Source of the DNA: Chrysomallon squamiferum
Taxonomy: Eukaryota; Animalia; Mollusca
Assembly: GCA_012295275.1 (NCBI GenBank)
Contig: CM022679.1
Coordinates: 17,608,001 to 17,672,000, forward strand
Length of the DNA: 64,000 bases
Direction of reading: 5' to 3'
Shown: positions 43,907 to 58,600 of the stretch, piece after piece
Layout: every line of letters starts with the position of its first letter
How positions within the stretch are numbered: position 1 is the stretch's first letter
Program-made: the position numbers and the translations under genes
The notes under the pieces: generated by a model
Told to the model about the DNA's origin: nothing
The model's input: only the letters and a program-made list of their open reading frames with translations
Databases searched by the model: none

Positions 43907-44450
43907 TTTTAGATAATATTTTAAGTTTCTGAAATATAATTTATATTGTAAATTAGTTTATTCCAAAACTGACAGAAGGCTATCGGCAAATATTTCTAAT
44001 ACGTATCTAAAAAGAATAATTATTTTGATAATATTGTTACTGCTGTACTAACATTTTGTAGACGATAATTTCCGGTTCCTTTTTCGGTTTGAGAAATAAA
44101 TGTCAAATGACTTTTTGTCTGCGGATGTGGATTTTGATTTTTATTCAACAAAGAATTAACATTTCGTCTAACGATGTCACTGCCAAAACTGTGTAGTTTG
44201 CAAGTTTCTTAAATCGGTGTACGAAAAATCTTTTATTCCGCAATCAAAATTTGTCTAAATTGTTATTGCCAGGGCCAACACTCATTCAAGTCGTATAATA
44301 ATTAATATTCCATAAGGAGAATTAGTAAATTGCTAACTTAAAAAATTAATATACTAACTAAACTAAACGATTATATATCATTATACTAGTCAGTTTAGTG
44401 GCGTCAATTAACGATACAGATACTGAGATATAAATAAGCGTTACTCATCT
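43400..44450. promoter_or_regulatory. Putative bidirectional promoter for GTPBP1 and the Josephin gene
   Basis: Divergent start codons at 43081(-) and 45405(+). Local reappearance of CpG dinucleotides in an otherwise CpG-poor region. ETS-like motifs ACCGGATG (43821-43828) and ATTTCCGGT (44068-44076). TSSs are not known. Confidence 0.6.
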
Positions 44451-45404
44451 AGTTAATCTCTTAAAATTTTATATTCTGTTATCACAAATATTTATATCCA
44501 AAGTGTAGTTATCAATACATTTAATGTAATTCATGATTTTGCATTATACTAGGCAGGAAAAACTATCTGGAAAACAAAAACAAAAACAACATGCACACAC
44601 AAAAAAAAAAAAAAAAAAATGAAAAAAGAAACCCAACCACAACAACAAACAAACGCCTATCAAATAAACCTTTTAAATTATTTGATAATAGCCACTAAAT
44701 AACAATCATTTGGCTGATTAATATAAAATAGCTTATATATATACACACACACACATATATATACATTTTAATCATAAGATCAGTCTGACAATTTTAGTAT
44801 TGTATTTTTATTAGATGGTTATGAAATTGGTGAATAAAGTGTTTACAGTCTTGCCAATGTATTGTACGGTTAATTAGCAGAAGATTTATGTCAATTTTTT
44901 CAGATCTCAACTGGTTCTTAGAAAGTTGATTTCCATGGTAAAATAGTTGAAAAAACATTTTGACAAACTGAAAATGTGAATAAATTAAATTATGATACTT
45001 ACAGTATTGCTAAGAACATGATTCCATGACTATCAAAACAATGATTTAAAGAAAAATAAATTGAAATATTGAAATTCTGAATGTATTAAGCTGATGGTCT
45101 AATTAAAACATTATTGTATTATTAGTATATTTGCAAATACTTTTTATTTTAATACCATAAATGCTTCACTGAATTAAAGTGTATACTTTTTACAACATGT
45201 AGTAGTAGGTTAAGTCATCTAAATTAATACAAGTGGTATTACATATTATGCTTTACACTTAAACAACTGAAGTATGGAGTTTGATACTTTGCAATTGATT
45301 GGATGTTTTTTCATTTATTATTAGTATCAAATTATTTGTTCAAGTTTAATAATTTTGGGGTTAATTAACAGGAATAAATAATATATATTTTAACAATTTG
45401 TAGA

Positions 45405-46776
45405 ATGGGTTTACATATTGCTCGATGTCATTGTGGAACTATGAATGGTCAAGAAGAAAAGCCAGGCATCAGTAACAACAGTGGAATTTATCATGAACGA
45501 CAACAGAAGGAGCTGTGTGCAATGCATGCATTGAACAATCTCTTTCAAGTGCAAGGGGCTTTCACAAAGAAGGATCTAGATGAACTATGCAACAAGTGAG
45601 ACTTTTTAATAATAAATCTTTAAGGTATTATCCAATTTTGTGCAGTTGAAGGTTCTTTTCTTTATAATTTTCTTTATTTTTTTATTTAAAATATATGTAG
45701 ATATGTAAGTGTTTATATTAAATATTACATATTACACACACACACATATTCTTTAATATATACTGTTTTGTACTTTTACTTCTTCACCATCAGACATCTA
45801 ATTTTTAATTTAATTTTAGCCAAAAAATCAGTTATAAACAATGCCTCTAAAAACAATATCCAGAGGTGGTAATTAACATTATATATGATGAGTGTTTATT
45901 TTAAGTTTCTTTAGATTCATATTAATAAACAAAAATTAGCATTCGCAACAGATTATCACCTGAAGCATTCTTCAACCCCCATCGCAGCATCCTTGGTCTG
46001 GGCAACTATGATGTTAATGTAATTATGGCAGCTTTACAGAAGAAGGGATATGATACTATCTGGTTTGACAAGAGAAAGTAAGAAAAAATATATTTGTTTT
46101 AGCCACTAATGACATTTAATGAAGTTTAATGTTGTAAATCTTAATACACAAAATGTATGAGTTTTAAGGTTGTAGAAGGACATTTTTTTTATTTTCAAGT
46201 GCTCATGTAGTACATGAGACAATATTGATATAAATATACATTACTAATATAATGTTTTTAATGTAGATATACTATGGAAACAAAATAAGAGAAAACTAAA
46301 AATTTCAGTTGTAATGTACAGAAATATTTTCACTTTGAAGGACATTAAACTTTATTTACAATTTGTATTACAGGAGTATAGATTGTCTTCAATTTGAAAA
46401 TATCATGGGCTTTATACTGAACATCCCAACTGAATATAAATGGGGCTTTGTGAGGCTCCCCATTAATCGTAAACACTGGATCTCTATAAAATGTATTAAT
46501 AATCAGTATGTTAATCTTGACTCTAAACTTGACTGTCCAGAAGTGATTGGTGACTCTGCAGCACTCAAGGAATTTCTCCATACACAGCTAATGGACAGTG
46601 ACAAGGAACTGCTGTTGGTGGTGACACAGGAAGTGGGTGAGACAGGAGCTTGGAGAAAGGAATGTTGTATGTTCCCACCGTTAGCAACAGCTGAGGCTAT
46701 ATGTGATTCTGAGGCTGGCATTTCCAATGGATCCATAAAACAGAAATCTCAGGAACATTTTCCAAGCTCAATTTGA
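45405..46776 (+). CDS. JOSD1: Josephin-domain deubiquitinase (JOSD1/2 co-orthologue), ~239 aa
   Basis: 3 coding exons: 45405-45595, 45952-46077, 46374-46776 (720 nt; alternative start at 45441). [21 protein letters not shown] (catalytic Cys), [26 protein letters not shown] (His), NLDSKL (Asp). No UIM or polyQ, so not ataxin-3. Confidence 0.95.
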
Positions 46777-49700
46777 TAATTAAATAATTCATGTAATTCT
46801 GTATGCATGAGTGTAGATACTTCATTGCTTATTAGGTCAACTAAAATACAAACATTAACATGTATATATAATTTGTAATACACATGCACAGTGACAAAAA
46901 ATTTCATGACATCAGATATTTCATAATGCCATTTACAAGATTACTAGATAAACAGCTGTCATTGTCTAAAGTCATACTGTAAGAAGAAAATATTGTCTCC
47001 TGTATTTATTATTCTTTCAACTTTTCTAATTTACTTGGTGTTTTCATTTATTAAGTCACATAAATATGTTAAAAATATTTTGATTTTTATACCTTTATTT
47101 TGTAGAAATTGAAGTTGCAAACAAACAGAAAATGCCATTTTAGTATTCAAAGCTATTAAGTGGCACTTAATGGGTTAACTCATATAAATTATAATTTCTT
47201 TTAATTTTTCTTTCTGCAGCTGGATTGCAAACTTACTATACTGAAATAATTCTTAAGTAAAAGTATTGAAAATATTATATATTTCTATTTAAAATATAAT
47301 TTCTGTTATCAAATAAAATTGTTAAGTATTCACAGTTTTTAAGTATATTCAATAATTTGATTATTTTCCTTTCAAATTTAGCTGAATGTTTATAACTACA
47401 TATTAATGATTTACTGGATTATTAAAACTAAATGTTAATGATTCACATTTGTTTTATTGAAATTCAGTCACTTCACAAAGATAATAATATATTGAAAAAT
47501 AAATGATATAAGCATATTTGTATTTGCTTTTGCTAGGGCTACTTCATAATGCAGACTGTATTGTACATGATTTTCTGAATGTGATTTGTTTTTGTGTATA
47601 TAATTTTGCCAGTGATACTAGCATATTTTTTATTTTGTACATAATTTTGCAAATACTATTTACAACATGTACATTTATTTATTTTTTAAATTTTTTACTT
47701 TTTTTGTTAATTTTTAAATCCCGATTTATGTACAAAATATAATTTTGACTCAGAATGATCGTGAAATCATTGATTTACTTGTATTATGCAGATTAATATC
47801 TTGTATCTGAATGAAATCTTGTTCAGTAGATTTATTTCTTCATTGTTTTTTTTTGTGTTTTTTTTTTACTTATTATTATGTTATAATAATTAAATACTAA
47901 AATTCAAATTAATATTCAGTTTTTCTTATACAAATCTTTCAGTTTTAATCCTCGGTTTAAAATGACATGACATATATACTGCCATAGGGCAGACAATGAT
48001 ACTGTTTGAAATTGGTTATATTAACAGAGATTACACTTCTTCAATTCATTAATATCAAAGTAACTAGTAAATATATTCTAGATTTGTTTTTAATGTTGAA
48101 ATATGTATTCACATTCATTTCTCATATTTACATAGTTGTCATATTTTTTCCAATAATTTTATGTATACATTAATAATATATAGATGTATATAATGCATTG
48201 TAAATAATAATAAAAGCTATGTGTAAAGATATAAAGTGCTGTTTACTAAATATGTTTTCAATATCATGTTTTAAGATATTTAAAATGTTGTTAAGTTTTA
48301 GATGATTTTTAATGTGAATCTGTCTAGTGCCGGTCATTGTTTGATATTTTTCATCAACTAAATGGCCATGGAAAGGATGGCATAAACTTGAATTTTGGTA
48401 TCTAAATTGATATATATATAGAACAAAGAAAGAAAAGATAGTCAGATGAAAAAATTACTCATCAATCAATGTTGATTAACTTGTTTTAAAAATTTTAATA
48501 AAAATATATGCAGTAACTCTCAAAAGAGCTTTTCAGACAAAATAAAACTGTACTAGTGTGACTGTTCTGAATAACTGTCTTTTTATATTGTTTACAAGTT
48601 GAATGCTGTCATGATATAAAATAAAAATGGAAAATATTTATTTAGCACTTCCAATTTTAATAATGACAATGTTTATAAAAAAAAAAAGAAAAAAAAAAGA
48701 AGTAGGATGATTATAAAGATTCTCTTAGCTTTGACAGATCATTAAAAATACATAAATTGGCATTTGTTGAGAGACCCTCCCTTCTTTTGTTAATCTGTTG
48801 GACTATTTTGATAGAATTATGTTCAAATTAATAATTTTTCCACATCACTCAGTAAATAGCATATAAAATACATTATGCTACAGTGGGTAATAAAATAAAC
48901 ATTATAAAGTGACATAAAATATAACCCAGTCAGTGTACAATAACAGTGACACAAAATGTTAATGAATGATGTAATGACATACAGTGCATTATTTAAATGC
49001 ATACTTCTTACTGCTTTTTCCCCCATACATCACCAGGTTGCAGTAAAACATAGCATTTTTGTTTACCCATAATCATCAGTTGGCAGTACAACATAGCTTT
49101 TTTGTTTACATCATTCACAGATCTTAATAGTAAAAGCGATTGATGCATGTTTGAGTATATGAAATAACTTCTGCAGTAGATATACATCATATTTTAATTA
49201 GCCGTTAATAAACTATGTATATTTACACTGGGCTTGTGTTAATCTAGGAAAACAAAATGATGAATTTAGTTGTAGTGTTTTTGAAAAACGAAGGCTATGA
49301 TATGTATAAACAAGCAGTTCATTTTGGCTGTGAAAATAAATGTATCATAAATTGTTATATCTATAAATCTTGCTGAATCATGAAGCTTTTTTTTTATCAA
49401 ATATTTCTACTTGATATCCACGTTTGTGAATAAGTACATAGATTAAATAATTTTCTATAATGAGATTACTTCAATTTAGTTATATTAGAAATAACATTTC
49501 ATTTAGTTGGTATATTTTTAGTTAAACATTTACTTGCATGTATAGATTGGAAGTAAGTCAAAGGTGATAAAAAAATTAAGAGTCTTGTGATTTTGTGCAA
49601 TAAAACAGTGTTAACTGTAAAATCAGTCAAACCAAAGCATCAGTTTCTAGAAAGTTTTCTTGTTTTATCAGTTCTCTTTAGTATTTACAGTGAATATATA

Positions 49701-51305
49701 AAAGTAACTTATATTTAAAGAAAATAAACAAATAACAATTGTTCAGACAAATGTAAAATGTCCACTAAAATATAAAACAATAAATACTTTCACAGTGTTA
49801 GTCATTTATTTATTTTCTGATCTAGTTCTTTGTTTTGAAAAAAACAACTTTTTACATTATTATTATTATTTTTTAAAATAATTTTCCATTTAAATATGAA
49901 CATTGTATTTTTATATTATATATTAAAGATATTCATAGATTTCAGATTTGATGTCTTTTCAACAATGGTTGTGAAAATTACTAAAACATGCAGATCATTA
50001 AAGATAAAAAATTTAACTGAATATACATTGTGTCACTATTTGTTTGACCTTTGTTTACACGAATCATGTTATTGTTGTTTATAACAGTATTGAATATATG
50101 AATACAAGTTTACTTGGAGAAAGACTGTTATTTTCATTCATGTTTCATTGATAATCTGTGATATTATTTGAAATATTTAATAAAAATTATTATCATTCAT
50201 CATTCAGTGTCTGATAGGAAATTACTCAAACTGGTATAGTATTTAATCAAAAGATGTTTTACAGTGATATACATCTTCTATTTTTTAAATGATAGTATTT
50301 TGTTTGTTGCATTTTGAATAGCTGGTCCAAAATAAAAGTACCTTAGTTAAAAGATAGCTGAAGTTAAAGCAACTGTCAATCTAAATTAATTTGATTAAAC
50401 ACCTAAGGTTAGGTGAGGATCTGTGATGGGATTTTAATGTTAGCCACAATTATATTAGATATCTTCAAGTATTACATAATAGCAGGTTTTTAAACTAGAT
50501 ATTAATTTAGTGATCGTTTTTACCAAGCTGTTTGATAACATAATTATTTATTGTCACAGTTCAGTGTGTATACCCATTAGATAAATGTTATCAGTGGACA
50601 TTACCATGAGCTGCAGCTCAGAGTACAGATTTGTCTCCAGTCAAAATACTTTAATGCTTGAACATTTGTTTCATGGAGATTTTTGTCTTTGTATTCTCAG
50701 TGTTTTATTTTTAACTCCCATTATTTATAAATTTTATTTTTCGTGGTTTTTTTTTTTTTTTTTTATCATTTTTCTTTTTCTTTTGTTTTAATGGGAATAA
50801 AAGAGGAGATTTTTATTATTATTTCTAAAGATATATTATTTTTAGCTAGTTTTTCTTTCTGTCTTGATTAAATTATTTCTCATAACTGAAATTTTAGCCG
50901 ATTTGGCTTGTTTTTGTTTTTTTCTTCATATTATTTGTGTAATACATAACCTTTTGATATATAAGAAGACAGAAATTTCATTTATTTTTCTAGTTCCAGT
51001 ACAAAGCCCTGTAAAATATGGGTATTCAAAGCCAAAGATAAAGCAGGAAATGTTTCTTGAAGGCAGCTTCAGTTTATAAAGTCATGTATAACTGCACATT
51101 TAGTTTTGTAAAATTAATGTTATTTCATTACTATGTAGACATTGTTTTATTCATAAAGGATATTCATTATGCATGGTATTGTTCAATATCATAAAATAAA
51201 TCACCAAATTACTCAAAATAACTTTGTTTTTGTTATGTCATCCTTTCACACTTGTTTTATCCTAAATCTAATGTAAATGTTTTCACTGACCCACAGTTTA
51301 CAACT

Positions 51306-52045
51306 CGGTGATTTTCAACCAGTGTGCTGCAAGATCTTCCTAAGTGTGATACAAAATTTTGTAGAAAAAGAAAATCCAAATCTCATTCATACCCATTGCT
51401 TTCTAAATAGAGAAGTTCTTGTTTCAAAAATATTGCAGGAAGAATTAAAGGTTGTGTTAGATCAAGTTACTGGAATGGTCAATTATATAAAAAGTAGGCG
51501 ATTGAAGTCATGATTATTTGAACAACTGTGCAAAGAGATGGACTCTCAGCATGTTAAGTTAATAGTGCACACCTTGCTGGCTGTTGAAAGGCAAAGTACT
51601 AAATCGTGTTCACGAACTGCACAAGGAATTACTATAATTTTTTTTCTCCAGGAAAAGCAGGAAAAATTCAGTGAATACCTTAGTTGAGAATTTTGGATGT
51701 CTAAAATGGAATACCTAACAGAAATATTTAGTGAACTAAATAAAACAAACAGTAATATGCAAGGTAAAAACGAAAATATTCTCGCTTCAACAGACAAGTT
51801 AGTTGCCCTCAAAAAGAAAAATGTGATTTGGAAAAAAAGAGCAATTGCTGGCAATCCTGATATGTTCCCTTTACTGCGTTCTACCTGTGTTAGAGAAATG
51901 ATCCCTGTTGTGTTTATTCATCTGACAGCCCTGGATGAAAGCATCTTATTCATGTGTATTTTTCATATATATTTAACTAGGCGTGCTGCTATGTTTTCAT
52001 GTGTTCCAAGGTGTGCTTTTGGCAAAAAAAGGTTGAGAACCACTG
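51306..52045 (+). mobile_element. Internally deleted hAT (Buster/Charlie-like) transposon
   Basis: TIRs cggtgattttcaacc / ggttgagaaccactg. Perfect 8-bp TSD ttacaact on both sides. Transposase remnants HTHCFLNREVLVSK (CxxH-like region), MVNYIKSRRLKS and YLTEIFSELNKTNSNMQG, with stops and frameshifts. Confidence 0.94.
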
Positions 52046-55000
52046 TTACAACTGAATATATAAAATATTTTTAAATATTTTTATTTCATTTGTATTACAT
52101 AAGTCAGTGTAGCAAGAAATAGATTTTTAAAAATCTAGTCATTCTTTAGAATATGTTGCACAATTAAAATTTGTTCTTACAAGAAAAGTCATGTACATAC
52201 ATTTAAGGAACATAAACTGAAGTAACAGAAAATAATTTGTTCTTGAAATGAAATAGGTAAGTGTATCACATATTTTTATTTAACTGCAAACAATTAAAAT
52301 GTCTGCTCCAAATCACACTGCTATTTAATGATTTCTAAGTCTATAACATTAATAATTCTAAATAAAACGAATAAAACTAATACATTTTTATTGTTCATTA
52401 ACATCAAATAATTATGAGTAGATATAGTCCAGTAATATGGTCCTGTTATTAATGATAACCACATTATATATTTATTATAATTTGATGAATCTAATTCAAG
52501 AATATTTTCTTCATTCTTCTTAAAACATATAGTGAAAATCTTTCAAAATGATAATGCTTATACTAAAAATATTCAGGTTTGACATTACAATTTTATTCAT
52601 TTATTTATTTTTATTTTATTATTATTACTTTTTTCAATATACTTATTTTTCTTTAGTTAAAGTGAAAATCAAAATGTAACACATACTGATGATTATAAAA
52701 TTATATAATTTAGACAAACATGTCATGATTTCAGAATCCATTTATACTTTACAATTAAAACAAAAAGAGAAAATCATGAAATTCCCCATACAAATATACT
52801 GATTATTTATAACATATACAAATACATATGTTAAATTACATAAAACAAATATTGCACAATAGGAATATTTTCAACTTTCAATGATTTACAAAATGTGCAT
52901 CAGAACAATAAAAACTTTCTTGTAATAGAAATTGCAGTTATTTCAAAAACATAACAATTATTAAACAATTACTGATGAAAAAAAAAAATAATAATAATAA
53001 CTAATAAATAAAGAAAACAATATTAAAAAAAATTCCTGCAATTTACAATAGTTAAAATTATGCAAACATTTGTGCAAAAATTAACAACCAGTATGTTTCC
53101 ATGTTAATATAAAAGTAAATGATAATTATGTTTTTGTTAACATTTTGGTCAAATTGTAAAAGCATTTTACAGGCACAAAGTAAGAAAAATGAATCCCATT
53201 AATCATTTGCATGTTTATATCAAAACAATCATTATACAGACAATTGTATTAAACATACACTAACATTTAACATCATTCAGTCTGTCATTACTATAGAGGA
53301 AATTGAAAAAAAAAAAATCCCTATGCCTGTCAGTAATTTTACTATAATGAAATAGAAACAGATAAATAAAATTAATGTACAAAAGCTTGTTATTTTCCTG
53401 ACAAAATAATCAGTTTGAGGTCCTTTTTAATGTTCACATAATTAACAGAGACATGAATAATGTCTACCAAATAATCAAGAGACTACATCTGTAGAAATAC
53501 TTATATCCAATTTGTTAGTCAAGTGTAAATGATAAAATGGTTAGTCAACTTAGCAAACCACATAATGAAAATATGAAAATCATGATTTAAAGACCCACTG
53601 TTCCGAGATGAAACTAGCAGAAAATATAATAGGCACTGTGTTTAATTCATGTATGACATTAAAAGTTAAACAAAATACGTAGCTGAGATGCATCTTGGAA
53701 CAAGCAACATCAAAAAACCTACTACAAACAAATACTTATGATAATAAAAATAGGATAACAATAAATAAAAATGTAAGTACATGAAATTTAACTAAACTGT
53801 ATTTACTGATTTAAATATTTTCATTCTTGTTTCATTTTGTTCAAAGATAAAACATATTCACAAATTTACTCACAACCAAAGAGCAGATTCATCTAAACAG
53901 CCAACAACAAATCAGAACTGAATATAAAATAATTTAAATATGTCTCCTTCAGACTTGCTGCATTGCTCGTAAAGTATTCTGTAAGTAATAAAATAGCACA
54001 AATTTTCTGAAATATCAATTGTAATTATGTATAAATATGGTTAATTATGTAAATTATTATGACAAATTATTTTCTGGCAATAAAATGGCACTGAAATACA
54101 TTTATGATATGTAGCAAAGTTGGTTTTATAAACAAAAAAATATCATCTTTCTGGAAAATAATATAACTGACAATGTAAATAACTTCATTATTACAGGATA
54201 TTTTGTTAACCTTTGGTTGAGCATCCAAAAAGCTAATTATTTTTATTTTTTAACCTTCCAAACTAGTCATTTATTTCCTTATGTGTACCAGTCTTTTATA
54301 ATAATAAAATGACAAAACAGACATTTTCTGTTACAATTACTTCATGTTGTATAGATATGTTAGAATACCTTTTGATAAACTTGTTTATTACATTCTCATT
54401 TTATCAGGGGCTTTTTTTTTTTCTTGTTTTGTTTCCCAAATATGTTTGTTTGTTGTTTGTAAATTTTAATGAAACGACACCATAACAAACAATGTCAGGT
54501 TCCAGGCATCACCAAATTGTTATTATTTTGTCACGGTCCATTATTAATACTAAGATGGTTCTATAAACAAATAATACATGTATCAAGGCCACCAACAGTA
54601 GGTACACTTTAAAATGTATTCAAATTAGTGAATATATGTTTCATTCCCTTTTATTTGTTTTTTTTAGTGCTGATTTAAAAAAGTAATATTTTCAATTTTC
54701 TTAAACAGTGATAAAAACATTCATTATAAATGAAAATGATCTGAGAATAAAAATGTAATTGGTTTATTTATATATCTAAAACAAATTATTTTACAAAAGA
54801 ATGACAAAATATTTCTGGAATGATTGTAAGTAAATATTTCTTATTACTGACAAAAACCCTTGGATTAAATATATTTTTTTAAATATAATATTTCTTTTCA
54901 AAAACAGAAACTTAAATAACAATTTATTTTATGTTCACATCAATGTTTTAGTTCCTATGTGTATTAGCAATGGGCTTAAATAAAAATAATTACTACTGGG

Positions 55001-55612
55001 GAATGAAAAAAGGTTATTGATATCATTTGAAAATAACATTTAAAGTAATTTTATATCACTTCATATTACAATGAACATTTACTAAGTACATGATTCTATG
55101 TTATTTAATCAGTAACAGTTAATACAACATCATGATTCTTTTGCTGGACCAAATGTATGTCATTTTTATGTATACTGTTATAATAAAGAATAACAATCAT
55201 TCTTAAAATACAAAAATATGTGAAAATATACAGGCTAACACTCAGGCCATAGTATGTCCTGTAACAATAAAGTATCATAATTATTATTAAAAGCTACACA
55301 TTTTCATTTATAAATTACTGAACTGAGAAATATTACAATCCACATAATTAACATACTGATCATAATGGCCATTAAATATATTTATTTATGATAATAATTA
55401 CTAACAACATATCTTCATATATCAATCACTGAACCAGTAAACTGTAAACTAAATAATATCTTTGTAAAATTCTGATCATACAATATTGTGATAATAAACC
55501 ATTGTGATTGATCATCATATAAAATATACTCTTGAAGGTCAGACAGTGACTGTACACTATGTAAAATCCACACTGTAGTCTATGTGTATTGACATGACAG
55601 TATGAAGTCAAG

Positions 55613-58600
55613 TCATAAGCCATTGTAGTCTGCAGAGGTAGACGGAACTTCACTCAAAGGCTCTGATGATGCAGTTTCGAGAGGACTGCCAGCACGCACG
55701 TTGCTTTTTCTTTTACTTTTTTTCCCTGGTTTTTCAGGCTGATCACTAATATAAAAAGTAAGAGTAACTGTATTCTCTGAAAATGATGTCATTAACATCA
55801 AAATCTGCTTTAAAATAACTAAATTCTTAGATATAAAATTTATATTTATTTTTAATATTTTCTTTTTGTAGAAGAATTTTGCATGTGCTTCTATGCATAA
55901 GAAGCTGTAAAGACATAACTGTTAAACATGATTGATAATTTTACAATATTCATATTTTTAATAATTTTTGGTAAAATGTTTGTGAATTGGATTTTGTTAT
56001 CCAGAGGAAACTAATAGCAACTCACCAGAAAAAAGGAATTATTTTTGACAAGTCTTCCTTGTTGACATTAGTGGCCAACTCTGGATTTTTCTCAACAAGC
56101 AAATTGATGACATGACGAAGATAGTTCTGTAAAATTCTGCGTCTAAACTCCACAATTTTAGCATCCTACAAGCAATTATTTTTAATAATCAACAAAAATA
56201 ATAATTTTGTTCATTTACAACATTTTTTAACATTAATAAGGATCCTTAAAGTTAAAACTATAAAACATTTGATGTCAGAGCCATTTTCATTAAATTCATT
56301 TCATTAAGAAGCCATGACTGATCAAATAAAACTGAACACAAAAAAAAAAATTTTTTTGTATGTATACCTTTTTACCAAAGTTTTTTTTTGGAGGAAATTC
56401 AAATTTTCCAACAACTGGATAAACTTTTTTCAGCTTATTGTGAAGTTCATGAAACTGACTATATCGACGATAGATGTTCCATTCTTCATCCTTAATTCTT
56501 ATATAGATCTTTAAAAAAAATATTAACAAACCATATATTATTGATTTATTAATTAACATCCTGACATAAAATTAAATGTAATATACAAACTAAGCAATAA
56601 TTACATGATTTTTTCTAGAAAATAAGTAACAGAATGAAAAAACAAATTTTGATTTGAATGTGTTATAATTAATAAATTTATTTATTTGTAAACAGTCGAT
56701 GAATTTTACCTGGTAAACATGGTGGGAACTGGTGGCTGAACCTCTGAGAAATGCTGAAGGAATCCAAATGTTGATGAGAGTTCGAGACTGAATACTAAAA
56801 TTATAAAATGAAAAACATGGTTCTTATATAGCACAAAAGGAAAAAAATAAAAATAAAAATAAAAATGTAAATGTAAATGTAACAGTAATAAACTAAATGA
56901 AAAACATATAAATACATCAAAACTAAGTAAGACAGTGACAAAAACATATAAATACTTCAAAACAAAATAAGACAGTGTCAAATATGTTTCATATATATAT
57001 ATATATATATATATGAAAAAATGAAATAAATAGTGAAAAATAAAATAAAATAAAATAAGATAAAACAGGACAATTGATAGATAGTTTCATTTACTGAACA
57101 TTCTTACAGAAATTATTGTTGATAACAGTATAAACCATACATTTATCACACAATTAAAGCATTTTTCAGTTGTTAACTAACTGTTGCTTACATAATAGCA
57201 GACTGGAATAAAATTATTCAGAAACAAATATTCAAAACAGTAAAATAAACAAAAACTGACATACTTATCAAATTCACTTGGTGCATTCACCTCTGTAAGT
57301 TGATTTTCATGTGGTAACTAATATTTAAAAAAAAAAGAACATAATAAAAATTTGAAACAATTTATATCTAATTCTTAAGATAACACAACATTGCATTCAT
57401 TAAACATTTTTAGACCAGTGGCTTTTTAAACCTTTTTTTTTTTCAAAACCTGTTTTCAGATAATTTTGAAAGATGGCAGCACTGAATTTTGTACTGGTCA
57501 CAGAAGTATGATGAATTAGTACATTTAAAACATTTGTATGTTTATATATATTTAAATACAGATATTTTTACAGTCACCCATGAGGGTGCTACTGCACACA
57601 CTGAGAATAAATGACTATAGAACATGTAGATGAGTGGCTAATAATTAGCTTTAAAGTTATGAACTTCACTGTCAGTAACTACCTGATGCAAACAAAAAAG
57701 AAAGGAAATAAAAGGAGAATGTTTTCAATGCTTTATTTAAATTCTAAATACTGGCTCAAGAATATTACATTTTTATTATATTGAATGGAATATAGAAACA
57801 GCATTACGTTAATTAATATTATTTATATACTGAAAATGTAATAGCTGATGTGTATGTCATTACTAAAGATCTTAGAAAATAGTGAATTACTTACTGGTCC
57901 CCTCAACTCAATAAGCTCCTGCTTTAATTGACATAGAAGTAATTCTTTTACATTCAGCTGACGATGAAGGAGTTCATTAAACTCCATCAGTTCACCATGC
58001 ATTTCTGCAACCTGTAAGTATATCAGTACATGCATTTGCACTTTGTTAAATATTAAGGTGCATGTAAAATAAAAGACTGAAAGCAGCCAGTATGAAAAAC
58101 TACAAAACATGAATAAGCTTTTAATCAGATAAGTTTCAAGTGACATAGATTATTATACAGAAACCATATTAAAAACAAAATAGCTGAGCTTTGTGAAAAA
58201 ATAAATCTTTCATTGTGATGTTATATTCTATTAAAAAAAGCAGAAAATAGACCTGAATTAATTTCTTTTCATATTCTGAAGCTTCGAAGCTGTAGTCAAT
58301 ATTAGGTTTCTCTGGAGGTATCACTGGCTGGGGCTCATCCAGCTGAATTCCTAACTTCTCATCTGAAAAATAACAATAAAAATTCTTATCTTAAACTAAT
58401 ATTATCATTATAAGTTCATTTGTTTCTCATGTTGTTTTTTATTATAATACAGAAAGAATTTGATAATAATATATCACCTTATACATCCTTCATATAAACA
58501 AAATCCTTTCTTGCAAACATAAGTATCAAAAACTGAACTAATGGCAACAATAAAAAAGTTGTAAAATTAGTAGAAATTAGAAGAGCAGTGATAAATCTCT

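Noticed and set aside
53940-53995. Splice-site-like signals on both strands between Josephin and SNX29
   Set aside because: No coherent coding exon; it may be a UTR intron boundary but cannot be supported from sequence alone.
57416-57613. Possible small hAT MITE in an SNX29 intron (cagtggctttttaaacc...)
   Set aside because: Right TIR and TSD are too degenerate to support a call.
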